A DNA stretch of 47,810 nucleotides from Candidatus Aegiribacteria sp. (GTDB taxonomy: Bacteria > Fermentibacterota > Fermentibacteria > Fermentibacterales > JCC-6). This document shows positions 8,509 through 17,539 of the stretch, piece by piece. Made by a program: the position numbers and the translations under genes. How positions within the stretch are numbered: position 1 is the first letter of the stretch; the number at the start of each line of letters is the position of its first letter. The notes under the pieces were generated by a model. That model was not told where the DNA came from, ran no database searches, and saw nothing but the letters and a program-made list of their open reading frames with translations. The stretch covers positions 1 through 47,810 of the forward strand of contig JAUWSL010000002.1 in assembly GCA_030610085.1 (NCBI GenBank), read 5' to 3'.

Positions 8509-9127
8509 AAAGGGAATGATTCACAATAGAGGCAGAAGAAGAACAGGAAGAGGAAGAGCCGGTGCTGTCGAGCCCGGTTATCCTCTGACCATGGCTTCAT
8601 CGGATGAATACGTGAGGGTCGTGACAATAACCACCGACCATGCAGCGGAAAGCAGGCTTGTCAGTATGGGTATCAACCCAGGCGCGCTTCTGCATGTTAT
8701 CTCCTCTTCGGGAAGCGGTCCGATCGTAGTAGCTCGAGACGAAACAAGGTTCGGAATAGACAGGAAGACCGCATGGCATGTCAGGGTTGTACCTGCCTCT
8801 CCGGATGCCCTTCATGCTTCTCATCCGCTTTTCTGCGATGACAACTGCAGGGGATGTTCGTACAGAACCACGATGATGAAAGCCGAGTACGGTGAATACG
8901 TTACTCTCAATACGCTTGCGGAAGGAGAAACCGGTACCGTTGTCTCCATCAGGGGTAGAGGTATTACGGTTACCAGACTCAGGGATATGGGGATCAGCGA
9001 GGGAATGTCCGTCAGAATGATCCGCAGCATACACCATCCCGATTCTTCAATCGTGGATGTAAACGGGAATCGGCTGAAGATAGACGGCTGGGATGCCCTG
9101 CATGTTATCGTGGAGAAGAATAGATGA
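8498..9127 (+). CDS. feoA: Tandem FeoA-domain protein
   Basis: Two FeoA/SH3-like modules: VRVVTI...RLVSMGINPGALLHVISSSGSGPIVVARDETRFGI and LAEGETGTVVSIRG...RLRDMGISEGMSVRMIRS...VDVNGNRLKI. They are separated by a Cys-containing linker (CDDNCRGC). The start is uncertain among 8492, 8498, 8516 and 8591; 8498 has the best Shine-Dalgarno spacing. The stop overlaps the feoB ATG. Confidence 0.7.
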   Translation: MRNRKGMIHNRGRRRTGRGRAGAVEPGYPLTMASSDEYVRVVTITTDHAAESRLVSMGINPGALLHVISSSGSGPIVVARDETRFGIDRKTAWHVRVVPASPDALHASHPLFCDDNCRGCSYRTTMMKAEYGEYVTLNTLAEGETGTVVSIRGRGITVTRLRDMGISEGMSVRMIRSIHHPDSSIVDVNGNRLKIDGWDALHVIVEKNR

Positions 9128-11217
9128 ATAATGGCCTTCCGGTGATAACCCTGGCCGGCAATCCAAACTCGGGCAAAACCTCGATATTCAATTCACTGAC
9201 CGGCGCAAAGCAGCATGTAGCGAACTATCCCGGAATCACCGTCGAGATCAAGGAAGGGAAAGCCGTATCGGGTGAACTCACCGCTGAGATTATCGACCTG
9301 CCTGGGACCTACAGCCTCACCCCATACTCCCCCGATGAGGTTGCTGCAAGGGATTACCTTCTGGAACAGCATCCGGATGTTGTAATCCATGTTGTGGACG
9401 CTTCCAATCTGGAGAGAAACCTCTACCTTACCACTCAGCTTATGGAGCTGGGAGTACCTGTAATAATCGCCCTTAATATGATCGATATAGCCGAAGACAG
9501 GGGAATAAGGATCGATTCTGAAGGTCTGTCTAAGATACTGGGAATACCTGTCCTGCGTACGGTAGGAAACAGGGGAACGGGTACCGAAGAACTCCTTAAG
9601 AAAGCGTTGAGCATCGCATGTGAAAAGACAAGCTGGACTCCCATTGAGCTTTCATATGGACAGGCTTCCGACAACGCCCTCCGAATCCTTGAGAAAAGGA
9701 TCATTGAAACAGGGCTCCTCATGGATATGGTACCTCCGGGATGGCTTGCGCTCCGGCTTCTGGAGCAGGATTCCCATACGCTGAACAGGGTGAAGAGACT
9801 GAGTTCACCTGAAGGAAATGATATACTGGAACTGTCAGCTGATCTGGCGGATAGAGTATTCAGGGAGATGAACGATGAGACTGAAGGGGTCATAGCTGAT
9901 CACAGGTACGGATTTGTTGCAGGTGTCGTTAAACGGGTAAAAAGCTACTCGACGGTAAACAGGGTGTATATTTCGGACAGGATAGACAGGTTCCTGACGA
10001 ACCCTTTTCTTGGTCCTGTTGTCATGGTGGCAGTGCTGTTCGGTCTTTTCCAGTTCACCTTCTTCGTAAGCAGTACACCTATAGCGCTTATGGAAGGGTT
10101 TTTCAGCTGGCTCCACACTTTCGCCTGGAGCGCTCTGCCTGAAGGGCTACTCAGATCACTGGTAGTCAGCGGAGCCATCGACGGTGTCGGGGGTGTAGTC
10201 GGTTTTGTGCCCCTGATAATGTTCATGTTCTTTTTCATATCGATTCTTGAAGACACCGGATACATGGCCAGAATAGCTTTCCTGATGGATAGAATATTCC
10301 GGAAATTCGGCCTGCACGGTAATTCCATCGTTCCCTTCATAGTATCAGGGGGTATAACGGGTGGATGCGCAGTCCCGGGTATTATGGCAGCCAGAACACT
10401 GAGGGATCCAAGGGAGAGGATCGCCACGATACTCTCCGTCCCCTTCATGAACTGCGGAGCAAAACTCCCTGTATACGCCCTCCTGATAGCAGCTTTCTTC
10501 TCCGCAAAAGAAGGCTTGATACTGTTCCTGCTTACGCTCATTTCATGGACATTCGCGTTACTTTCCGCGAGGATGCTGCGTTCCACAATACTGAAGGGAG
10601 AATCAACCTCATTCGTTCTTGAGCTTCCTCCATACAGGCTCCCTTCCCTGACAAGTCTCCTGATACACATGTGGGAAAGGACATGGCTCTATCTTAGAAA
10701 GGCTGGAACCGTTATCCTGTTCGCCTCCGTGGTGATGTGGGCTCTGATGACATTCCCTATTCTCCCTGCCGATCACGCTTCATCACTGACTGACAACGAG
10801 CTTGCGCAGGCAAGACTGTCGTATTCCATCGCCGGAAGGGCCGGCAGAGCATTCGAAAGCATCACGAAACCGCTTATGGGATTTGACTGGAAAACCGATG
10901 TAGCTCTTATCGGTGGATTCGCTGCCAAGGAGATTGTGGTTTCCACTCTTGGTACGGTCTATTCGATGGGAGAAATTGACTCGGAGGACTCATCATCCCT
11001 CTCGGAAAGACTGGCTGACGAAGAAGGGTGGAATCCGGTAGTGGCCTTTGCTCTTATCATGTTCACAATGCTGTACATTCCATGCATCGCCACCGTCGCC
11101 GTCATCAAGCGTGAGACCCGCTCCTGGAAATGGGCGGGATTCGCTATCGTCTATACAACAGGTGCTGCGATGATTGTTGCAACAGTTGCGTACCAGATAG
11201 GGATGCTTTTCTACTGA
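9124..11217 (+). CDS. feoB: Ferrous iron transporter FeoB
   Basis: 697 aa. The N-terminal G domain carries GNPNSGKTSIFNSLTG, DLPGTYSL and NMID. It is followed by a polytopic membrane domain with the two gate motifs. Confidence 0.93.
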   Translation: MNNGLPVITLAGNPNSGKTSIFNSLTGAKQHVANYPGITVEIKEGKAVSGELTAEIIDLPGTYSLTPYSPDEVAARDYLLEQHPDVVIHVVDASNLERNLYLTTQLMELGVPVIIALNMIDIAEDRGIRIDSEGLSKILGIPVLRTVGNRGTGTEELLKKALSIACEKTSWTPIELSYGQASDNALRILEKRIIETGLLMDMVPPGWLALRLLEQDSHTLNRVKRLSSPEGNDILELSADLADRVFREMNDETEGVIADHRYGFVAGVVKRVKSYSTVNRVYISDRIDRFLTNPFLGPVVMVAVLFGLFQFTFFVSSTPIALMEGFFSWLHTFAWSALPEGLLRSLVVSGAIDGVGGVVGFVPLIMFMFFFISILEDTGYMARIAFLMDRIFRKFGLHGNSIVPFIVSGGITGGCAVPGIMAARTLRDPRERIATILSVPFMNCGAKLPVYALLIAAFFSAKEGLILFLLTLISWTFALLSARMLRSTILKGESTSFVLELPPYRLPSLTSLLIHMWERTWLYLRKAGTVILFASVVMWALMTFPILPADHASSLTDNELAQARLSYSIAGRAGRAFESITKPLMGFDWKTDVALIGGFAAKEIVVSTLGTVYSMGEIDSEDSSSLSERLADEEGWNPVVAFALIMFTMLYIPCIATVAVIKRETRSWKWAGFAIVYTTGAAMIVATVAYQIGMLFY

Positions 11218-11241
11218 TAACAGCTGAAACCTGAGGTCCTC

Positions 11242-12504
11242 TCAGATCACGAATCCAGGTTCGAGCATGGCGTTTTTAGGTATGACAATGATGCCGTCGC
11301 GAATGCAGAAGAGTTCCGAAGTGTATTCCTGAACACCCTCTTTGTTCTCGAGCCTGCACCCATCGCCTATTCTGGCATTCTTATCGATTATCGCATTCTT
11401 TATGACGCAGTTCTCCCCTATTCCCAGCGGCAGCATCTCCCGTCGTATATTCCTCGGGTCAAGGTAGTGGCCCTCCCAGTAATCCGAACCGATGAACACG
11501 CATCTTTCCATCACAGTTCCGCTTCGAACCTTTCCACGGAGCCCTACAATACAGTCACTGAACGATACACCGCTTACATCGGAAGCATCACATATGATCG
11601 TATTATTCAGGCTGCAGTTATCTATCCTCGCCCCCGGAAGCGCCCTTGCCCGGGTGTACAGCGGGGAGAAGCTTTTGTACATATCAAAATCCGGATCGGG
11701 ACGTGCCATATCAAGATTGGCCCTGAAAAAACTGGAGATGGTTCCGATGTCGGACCAGTAGCCGTTGAACATATGTGAAGCTACTCTGTAAGACCCGATT
11801 GAATGCGGTATGATCTCCTTTCCGAAATCGATTACATCAGGTTCCTTCTCAAGTACTTCCCCCAGAACTCCGGGAGAGAACATATAGATCCCCATACTTC
11901 CCAGATAAGGTCTTGAAGCCGTGGTTCCTTCCTGAGTGCTCACCAGGTCTTCCAGCTCGTCTTCCGACGGCTTCTCCCTGAACTCGGTGATAAAACTGTC
12001 ACCCGTTACTTTCATGATGCCCATAGAGGGAGCCTCAGAAGCTGTGACAGGTTTAGTTGCGATCGAGATATCGGCATTGCAGTTTTCATGACACCTGGCG
12101 AATTCCCTGAAATCCATTCTGTAAAGCTGATCACCGGAAAGGATGAGGACCAGATCCGGATGCTGGCTGTTGATATACTTGAGACTCTGCCTGACTGCGT
12201 CGGCGGTTCCCTGGAACCACTCCCTGTTCTCGCTGGTCTGTTCCGCTGCCAGAATGGAAACAAAACCGTGAGTGAACCTGTCAAATCTGTACGTAAGAGC
12301 TACATGCCTGTTAAGGCTCTCACTGTTATACTGTGTAAGGACAAGCATGTGCCTGATCTGATCGTTGATGCAGTTTGAGATCGGGATATCTATCAGCCTG
12401 TACTTTCCGCCTATCGGAACCGCAGGCTTGCTCCTGTCCCGTGTAAGAGGAAAGAGCCTGGTTCCCCTTCCTCCTCCAAGGATCACCGCTATTATCCTTT
12501 TCAT
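11242..12504 (-). CDS. glgC: Glucose-1-phosphate adenylyltransferase
   Basis: Contains ILGGGRGTRLFPLTRDRSKPAVPIGGKYRLIDIPISNCIN and WFQGTADAV, with a C-terminal left-handed beta-helix. 420 aa. Confidence 0.9.
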   Translation of the reverse strand: MKRIIAVILGGGRGTRLFPLTRDRSKPAVPIGGKYRLIDIPISNCINDQIRHMLVLTQYNSESLNRHVALTYRFDRFTHGFVSILAAEQTSENREWFQGTADAVRQSLKYINSQHPDLVLILSGDQLYRMDFREFARCHENCNADISIATKPVTASEAPSMGIMKVTGDSFITEFREKPSEDELEDLVSTQEGTTASRPYLGSMGIYMFSPGVLGEVLEKEPDVIDFGKEIIPHSIGSYRVASHMFNGYWSDIGTISSFFRANLDMARPDPDFDMYKSFSPLYTRARALPGARIDNCSLNNTIICDASDVSGVSFSDCIVGLRGKVRSGTVMERCVFIGSDYWEGHYLDPRNIRREMLPLGIGENCVIKNAIIDKNARIGDGCRLENKEGVQEYTSELFCIRDGIIVIPKNAMLEPGFVI

Positions 12505-12606
12505 CTGTCCTCCCGAGTTACTTATAAAGCAATAGAATCACCCTGCGAAGCGGAGTCAAGGAGGTTGAAAGCAAGTGATCCAAATATCAATATATTTATC
12601 AAATAC

Positions 12607-12634
12607 TTGACATTTCTTTAAGTTTTCATATATT
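12607..12634 (+). promoter_or_regulatory. Sigma-70-like promoter of the DUF2089 operon
   Basis: TTGACA (12607-12612), a 16-nt spacer, then TATATT (12629-12634). A GGAGG Shine-Dalgarno box lies 6 nt before the ATG at 12660. Confidence 0.5.
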
Positions 12635-12659
12635 TTTTTTAAGATATTGGAGGTTACTC

Positions 12660-13010
12660 ATGGATATTGGTAATGCAAAATGTCCCGATTGCGGTAAACT
12701 TATGACCCCGGTTACCTGCGAGTGCAAGTCCTGCGACATCAGGATGGATGGCAACTTCTCAGTTTCCATTTTATCCATGCTATCTCCGGGCGACCAGGCG
12801 CTGGTAATAGCATTCGTGCGCAGTTACGGTTCGATAAAGAAGATACAGAAACTTCTGGAAGTGAGCTATCCCACTGCCAGAGCCAGGATTGCGGAGCTGA
12901 TAGAGAGGCTGGATTCAACTATGGAAGTGCCTGTTAACATGGAAAGCGAGATCCTTGGGAAACTCGATCGCGGGGATATCTCCTTCTCGGAAGCTATGGA
13001 GGAACTGTAA
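12660..13010 (+). CDS. DUF2089-type protein (N-terminal zinc ribbon plus C-terminal HTH)
   Basis: Contains CPDCGKLM...CECKSCDIRMDGNF, then LSPGDQALVIAFVRSYGSIKKIQKLLEVSYPTARARIAELIERL. Confidence 0.7.
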   Translation: MDIGNAKCPDCGKLMTPVTCECKSCDIRMDGNFSVSILSMLSPGDQALVIAFVRSYGSIKKIQKLLEVSYPTARARIAELIERLDSTMEVPVNMESEILGKLDRGDISFSEAMEEL

Positions 13011-13267
13011 TGCCAGCCTGCATACTTCTGCTCAGAATAAGGAAATTCTTCATCCCGCTGCCCTGGTTCCTCGTCTGGCTTCTTTTAGCGCCTTTTATTC
13101 TGCTGGCGTGGTTCGCGGGGCATCTTTGGCTGATCTTCGATCCTGACAGTTATCCAATGCGGCTGGCCAGCCAGTCATGGAGATTTCTCATACTCATTAT
13201 GTGCCTGGGCGGGACAGAAGTAAGAATCGATACTGATACTGAAAACATACTGATAAGCTTCATTTAA
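13010..13267 (+). CDS. Small hydrophobic protein with two predicted TM helices
   Basis: 85 aa. The ATG overlaps the preceding TAA (TAATG). Two hydrophobic stretches: WFLVWLLLAPFILLAWFAGHLWLIF and WRFLILIMCLGG. Confidence 0.4.
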   Translation: MPACILLLRIRKFFIPLPWFLVWLLLAPFILLAWFAGHLWLIFDPDSYPMRLASQSWRFLILIMCLGGTEVRIDTDTENILISFI

Positions 13268-13288
13268 CCCATACGAAAGGGATATACA

Positions 13289-13702
13289 ATGAAAGATGAC
13301 TCTCACAAGAAAATCCTGGAAATGCTCTCCGAAGGAAAGATCTCAGTTGAGGAGGCAACAGCGCTTCTGTCGAAACTTCAGGATCCAGCTATCGCTGATG
13401 ATGAGATCAGTGAGGTAGAATCCGCGGAAGTTCATAAAAGGACACCAAAGTACCTGAGAGTAGTTGTGGACTCCGCAGACGGGGACAAGGTTAACGTAAG
13501 GGTACCCCTGAGTCTTATAAAGACAGGTATCAAACTGACAGCCCTGGTTCCGGGCAAGGTAGCCGATAAGATGAGCAGTCATGGATTCGACCTCTCACAG
13601 CTGTCCGAGCTTGACAGTGATGAACTCATCGAAGCCCTGAGAGATATGCAGGTTGATGTGGACAGCGCAGATGGAGATAAGGTAAGGATCTTCTCCGAAT
13701 AG
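13289..13702 (+). CDS. SHOCT-like (LiaX/YvlB N-terminal-like) domain protein with an internal repeat
   Basis: The N-terminus KKILEMLSEGKISVEEATALLSKL matches the SHOCT-like helical motif. The two halves repeat VDSADGDKV(N/R)V. Confidence 0.5.
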   Translation: MKDDSHKKILEMLSEGKISVEEATALLSKLQDPAIADDEISEVESAEVHKRTPKYLRVVVDSADGDKVNVRVPLSLIKTGIKLTALVPGKVADKMSSHGFDLSQLSELDSDELIEALRDMQVDVDSADGDKVRIFSE

Positions 13703-13761
13703 AGAAAGTGGATCTTCTTTAGTATATTTCCTTCTCAATTCGATACTGAAGGGAAATATCG

Positions 13762-14751
13762 GTGAAAATAGCCCTTGCCGGAAAACCGGGCTGCGGCAGA
13801 TCCACTCTGTTCCGTGCGCTTGCAGGTTCCGTGGATGCTGACTCGGGAAAACCTCTCACTGTAAAAATACCGGACCACAGACTGGACTTTCTTGAAAGCA
13901 TCCACAACCCGGAGAAAAATATTCATGCAACAGTAGTATTCTTCGATGTCCCTTCACCATCTTTCTCGATTGCGAATCTGGCTCTTATCAGGAATGCCGC
14001 GGTACTGACACTTGTCCTTGATAATTATGCCCTGGGTGATACCATTAACGATTTTAACGAGATCGAAGCAGAACTCATACTTGCAGATATGGCACTGTGT
14101 GAAAAAAGGCTGGCTCGCCTTGTCAAGGAGAGCAAGGGTAAATCCAGAGAAGCCATTCTTCTTGGAAACCTTCAGGGACACATGGAAAGCGGCAGTCCCC
14201 TGCGGCTCCTGAAGATCGATGAAGGTGAGGCAGCAATTCTGGCTCCATACGCCCTTCTGTCCTTAAAACCTCTTATAGTGATATCCAACAGAATGGGTGA
14301 TCCGATAACTCCGGACGAGGAACTCTCCAGTACTGTATCAGAACATGGCGGGATCCTTCTCGATATCGACACAGGCTTCGAGCTTGAACTGACAGAGATC
14401 GATGAAAGTGAACAGGTGCCTTTTCTTGAATCCATGGGATATTCGTCCAGCGGACTCTCCCGGCTCATCGCAGCGTCGTATTCCGCCCTTGACCTGATAG
14501 TCTTCTTCACTATCGGAAAGGATGAAGTAAGGGCATGGCCCATTCGGAAAGGCTCAACCGCACTGGATGCCGCGGGAACCATCCATTCCGATTTTGCCAG
14601 AGGTTTTATCCGTGCAGTTGTAATACCATGGGAGCTGTATCATGAGTATCCCGATGAAACGTTGCTGAAGGAAAAGGGAGAGCTCAGGATCGAAGGCAGG
14701 GATTACACTGTCAAAGACGGCGATCTGATAGAGATCCGATTCAACGTCTGA
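13762..14751 (+). CDS. YchF-like / DUF933 protein with a degenerate G domain
   Basis: GTG start after GAAGGGA. The C-terminal YchF/TGS-like domain is intact (LIVFFTIGKDEVRAWPIRKGSTALDAAGTIHSDFARGFIRAVVI...IEGRDYTVKDGDLIEIRFNV). The N-terminal P-loop reads GKPGCGRST, with Arg where the invariant Lys is expected. Confidence 0.7.
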   Translation: MKIALAGKPGCGRSTLFRALAGSVDADSGKPLTVKIPDHRLDFLESIHNPEKNIHATVVFFDVPSPSFSIANLALIRNAAVLTLVLDNYALGDTINDFNEIEAELILADMALCEKRLARLVKESKGKSREAILLGNLQGHMESGSPLRLLKIDEGEAAILAPYALLSLKPLIVISNRMGDPITPDEELSSTVSEHGGILLDIDTGFELELTEIDESEQVPFLESMGYSSSGLSRLIAASYSALDLIVFFTIGKDEVRAWPIRKGSTALDAAGTIHSDFARGFIRAVVIPWELYHEYPDETLLKEKGELRIEGRDYTVKDGDLIEIRFNV

Positions 14752-14765
14752 TCCCGCGCGCAATA

Positions 14766-15533
14766 CTAACGGATACTTCTCATCGTTCTAGATACATTGC
14801 GCCATTCATGTACGATCTGGCTTATCTCAGCAGCACCCAGCAGTATCACGCACTCCCAGTAGAGAAGGAAAAAAGTAGCCATAACCCTTGCAAGCGAACC
14901 GTAGACCACTCCCCACCCCGGATGACCGATCACCCAGAGGTAGATCTGGGTACCAATTGCTGTGAACACTGCTGCTATAATTGTAGCAAGAAGAGCCTGT
15001 CCGATGTCTATTTTTCTGTTCGGAGCAGCCTTGAAAAGGGTAAAGAACAGCAGCACAGTGAAGGAAATACCAAGTATATGAGCAAGGTCGCCTCCCGTAA
15101 GATGCCCGATGACGGGCCATTGGGAGACAATGTCGCCCACCGGGCTGTCCACGACAAGTCGGGCCATGGTTGAAAATATCAGTGAGAACACAAAACAGAG
15201 TGCCACCAGCAGAGCCAGGAAGAAATCGTACAGTTTCCCCAGAACTATATGACGACCTCTTGCTACTTCGAATACTTTATCGAAAGCAGTCCGTATGGTG
15301 CCGAACAATCTGCTTACAAGCCACAAAAGGAAAAGGAAACCAACTATTCCCGGTATTCCGGAACTGCCTCTGAAGATGGCGCTTTCGATCTCGTTTCTTG
15401 TGGAATCGGGGATCAGAGGATTGGCTGTATCGAGCCAGACCGTGAGGCCCTGCTGCAGACCTTCGTCCTCCTGCAGAGCTATACCGCTGAAAGTGAGTAT
15501 CATCAGGCCAAGGGGAAGGATGGTTATCAGCAC
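14766..15533 (-). CDS. YihY/BrkB (formerly RNase BN-like) family membrane protein. The 5' end is unresolved.
   Basis: Polytopic. Contains LFKAAPNRKIDIGQALLATIIAAVFTAIGTQIY...YGSLARVMATFFLLYWECVILLGAAEISQ. Family-like sequence (FFGRRFYNRWNDDSVFFSAAAISFNVL) continues in frame upstream of the tracked GTG without a canonical start. Confidence 0.75.
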   Translation of the reverse strand: MLITILPLGLMILTFSGIALQEDEGLQQGLTVWLDTANPLIPDSTRNEIESAIFRGSSGIPGIVGFLFLLWLVSRLFGTIRTAFDKVFEVARGRHIVLGKLYDFFLALLVALCFVFSLIFSTMARLVVDSPVGDIVSQWPVIGHLTGGDLAHILGISFTVLLFFTLFKAAPNRKIDIGQALLATIIAAVFTAIGTQIYLWVIGHPGWGVVYGSLARVMATFFLLYWECVILLGAAEISQIVHEWRNVSRTMRSIR

Positions 15534-15703
15534 GTTGAAGGAGATGGCTGCAGCCGAGAAAAATACGCTGTCATCGTTCCATCTGTTGTAAAATCTTCTT
15601 CCGAAGAACCTTATGAAGATCCATGTTCTGTGTAGGTGTCTTCTTACAGTTGCAGATGGGATGATGGAAATATCGCGCAGGGATCTTCCATTACCAGTCA
15701 GAT

Positions 15704-17539
15704 CTACTCCACCGTAACGCTTTTTGCGAGATTTCTGGGTTTATCTATATCACAGCCTCTGGCAACAGCGATATGATAGGACAGAAGCTGGAGTGGGATT
15801 ACACTGAGCAGCGGGACGAGCATGTCGGGCGCTTCAGGGACCCTGATAACCCAGTCCGAGACCGATTCAATATCGGTATCCCCTTCTGTAGCTATAGCAA
15901 GGACTCTGCCTTGCCTTGCCTTAACTTCCTGGATGTTGGAGATTACTTTGTCATAGGCTGCACCCTTAACGGCAATTACAGCGATGGGCATCATTTCATC
16001 TATCAGAGCGATCGGGCCGTGCTTCATTTCCGCTGCTGGATAACCTTCCGCATGAATGTAAGATATTTCCTTAAGTTTCAGTGCACCTTCGAGTGCTACG
16101 GGGTAATTCACACCCCTGCCAAGGTAGAGGAAATTTCTTGCGTATGTAAACTCTTTGGCTATCTCGGCTATGCTGCTGGAATTCTCCAGAATCTTCCTTA
16201 CTTTGTCCGGAATGGCCATGATCTCGCGCGTCAGATCAAGCCCCTGGTCACGATCAAGAATCTGCCTGGCTCTTCCGAGAGCAAAAGCTATCAGGATAAG
16301 AACCATCACCTGTGAAGTGAAAGCCTTTGTTGATGCAACCCCTATCTCGGGACCTGCGTGAATATAAACTCCTGCATCCGTCTCACGGGCTATGGTTGAT
16401 CCAACTACATTTACGATACCAAGAGTACGGCACTTCTTCTCTTTAGCCAGTTTCAGGGCAGCCAGTGTATCCGCTGTCTCACCGCTCTGGCTGATTACTA
16501 TCATCAGCGTATCCGGAGACAGAACAGGATCCCGGTATCGAAACTCGGAAGCATACTCCACCTGGACGGGGATTTTTGAATAGGCCTCTATAAGGTACTT
16601 GCCTATGGAAGCCGCGTGCCATGAGGTTCCGCAGGCAGTTATTACTATCCTGCTTATGGATCTCATGTCCTCCTCGGACATCTGTAAACCACCAAGGTGC
16701 GCGGTACCCTGATCCAGATCCAGCCTGCCTCTGAAAGCATTCGTGAGCGATTCGGGCTGGCTGTAGATCTCCTTCAGCATGAAGTGGGGATAACCGTCCT
16801 TTTCGATATCCGCGATATCCCAGTCCACATATTCGATCCGTTCGCGTATAAGGGATGTATGGCCGTTATCCGATTGAATCCCCTCGAGGTTCACTTCAAT
16901 AACTTCACCCTCTTCGAGGTAGATGACATCCCTTGTATGAGATACAATGGCTGCGACGTCACTGGCTACGAAATACTCCTTATCACCTATACCGGCTACC
17001 AGGGGGCTGCCGTAGCGGGCCGCTACCAGTGTATTCGGTTCATCCGCGGAAAGTACAGCGATCCCGTATGCGCCATGGACCTTTACAAGCGCATCTTTTA
17101 CAGCGGCGAAGAGTTTCTTTCCTTTTGCGATTTCCTGGCTTATCAGCATCGGCAGGACTTCAGAATCGGTTTCCGATTCGAACTTGACCCCTGAGCCGAT
17201 GAGATCCTTCCTCAGTGTCATGAAATTCTCAATTATGCCGTTATGAACAACAGCTATCCTTCCAGCCTGATCGTAATGGGGGTGAGCGTTAGCATTTGAA
17301 GGCACTCCATGGGTGGCCCATCGTGTGTGAGCTATCCCGACAACTGAAGATTCAGCATCTCCGGGATCGACATTCTCCAGATCAATGACCCGACCTTCGC
17401 ATTTCCTTATGAACAAACTGCCTTTGTTCTGAAGCGCGTATCCTGCCGAATCGTAACCCCTGTATTCAAGGCGCTTGAGCCCTGCAAGAAGTATTTCCCT
17501 GGCGGGTTTGCACCCTACATATCCTACTATTCCACACAT
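15704..17539 (-). CDS. glmS: Glutamine--fructose-6-phosphate aminotransferase
   Basis: MCGIVGYVG is the N-terminal nucleophile Cys. Two SIS domains. The C-terminus reads DKPRNLAKSVTVE. 611 aa. Confidence 0.95.
   Translation of the reverse strand: MCGIVGYVGCKPAREILLAGLKRLEYRGYDSAGYALQNKGSLFIRKCEGRVIDLENVDPGDAESSVVGIAHTRWATHGVPSNANAHPHYDQAGRIAVVHNGIIENFMTLRKDLIGSGVKFESETDSEVLPMLISQEIAKGKKLFAAVKDALVKVHGAYGIAVLSADEPNTLVAARYGSPLVAGIGDKEYFVASDVAAIVSHTRDVIYLEEGEVIEVNLEGIQSDNGHTSLIRERIEYVDWDIADIEKDGYPHFMLKEIYSQPESLTNAFRGRLDLDQGTAHLGGLQMSEEDMRSISRIVITACGTSWHAASIGKYLIEAYSKIPVQVEYASEFRYRDPVLSPDTLMIVISQSGETADTLAALKLAKEKKCRTLGIVNVVGSTIARETDAGVYIHAGPEIGVASTKAFTSQVMVLILIAFALGRARQILDRDQGLDLTREIMAIPDKVRKILENSSSIAEIAKEFTYARNFLYLGRGVNYPVALEGALKLKEISYIHAEGYPAAEMKHGPIALIDEMMPIAVIAVKGAAYDKVISNIQEVKARQGRVLAIATEGDTDIESVSDWVIRVPEAPDMLVPLLSVIPLQLLSYHIAVARGCDIDKPRNLAKSVTVE

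Noticed and set aside
9945-10670. Long antisense ORFs inside well-supported genes: 241 aa in feoB, 250 aa at 20313-21065 in leuC, 261 aa at 40588-41373 in the M14 gene, 181 aa at 2824-3369 in apt, and 180 aa at 15773-16315 in glmS
   Set aside because: Each lies wholly within a gene whose product has unambiguous family motifs on the opposite strand. Their translations are low-complexity (Ser/Arg/Pro-rich), as is typical of shadow ORFs.
12505-12606. Promoter for glgC on the minus strand
   Set aside because: A TTGACT and a TATAAG are present on the minus strand, but they are about 27 nt apart. No acceptable -35/-10 spacing was found, so it is not reported as a feature.
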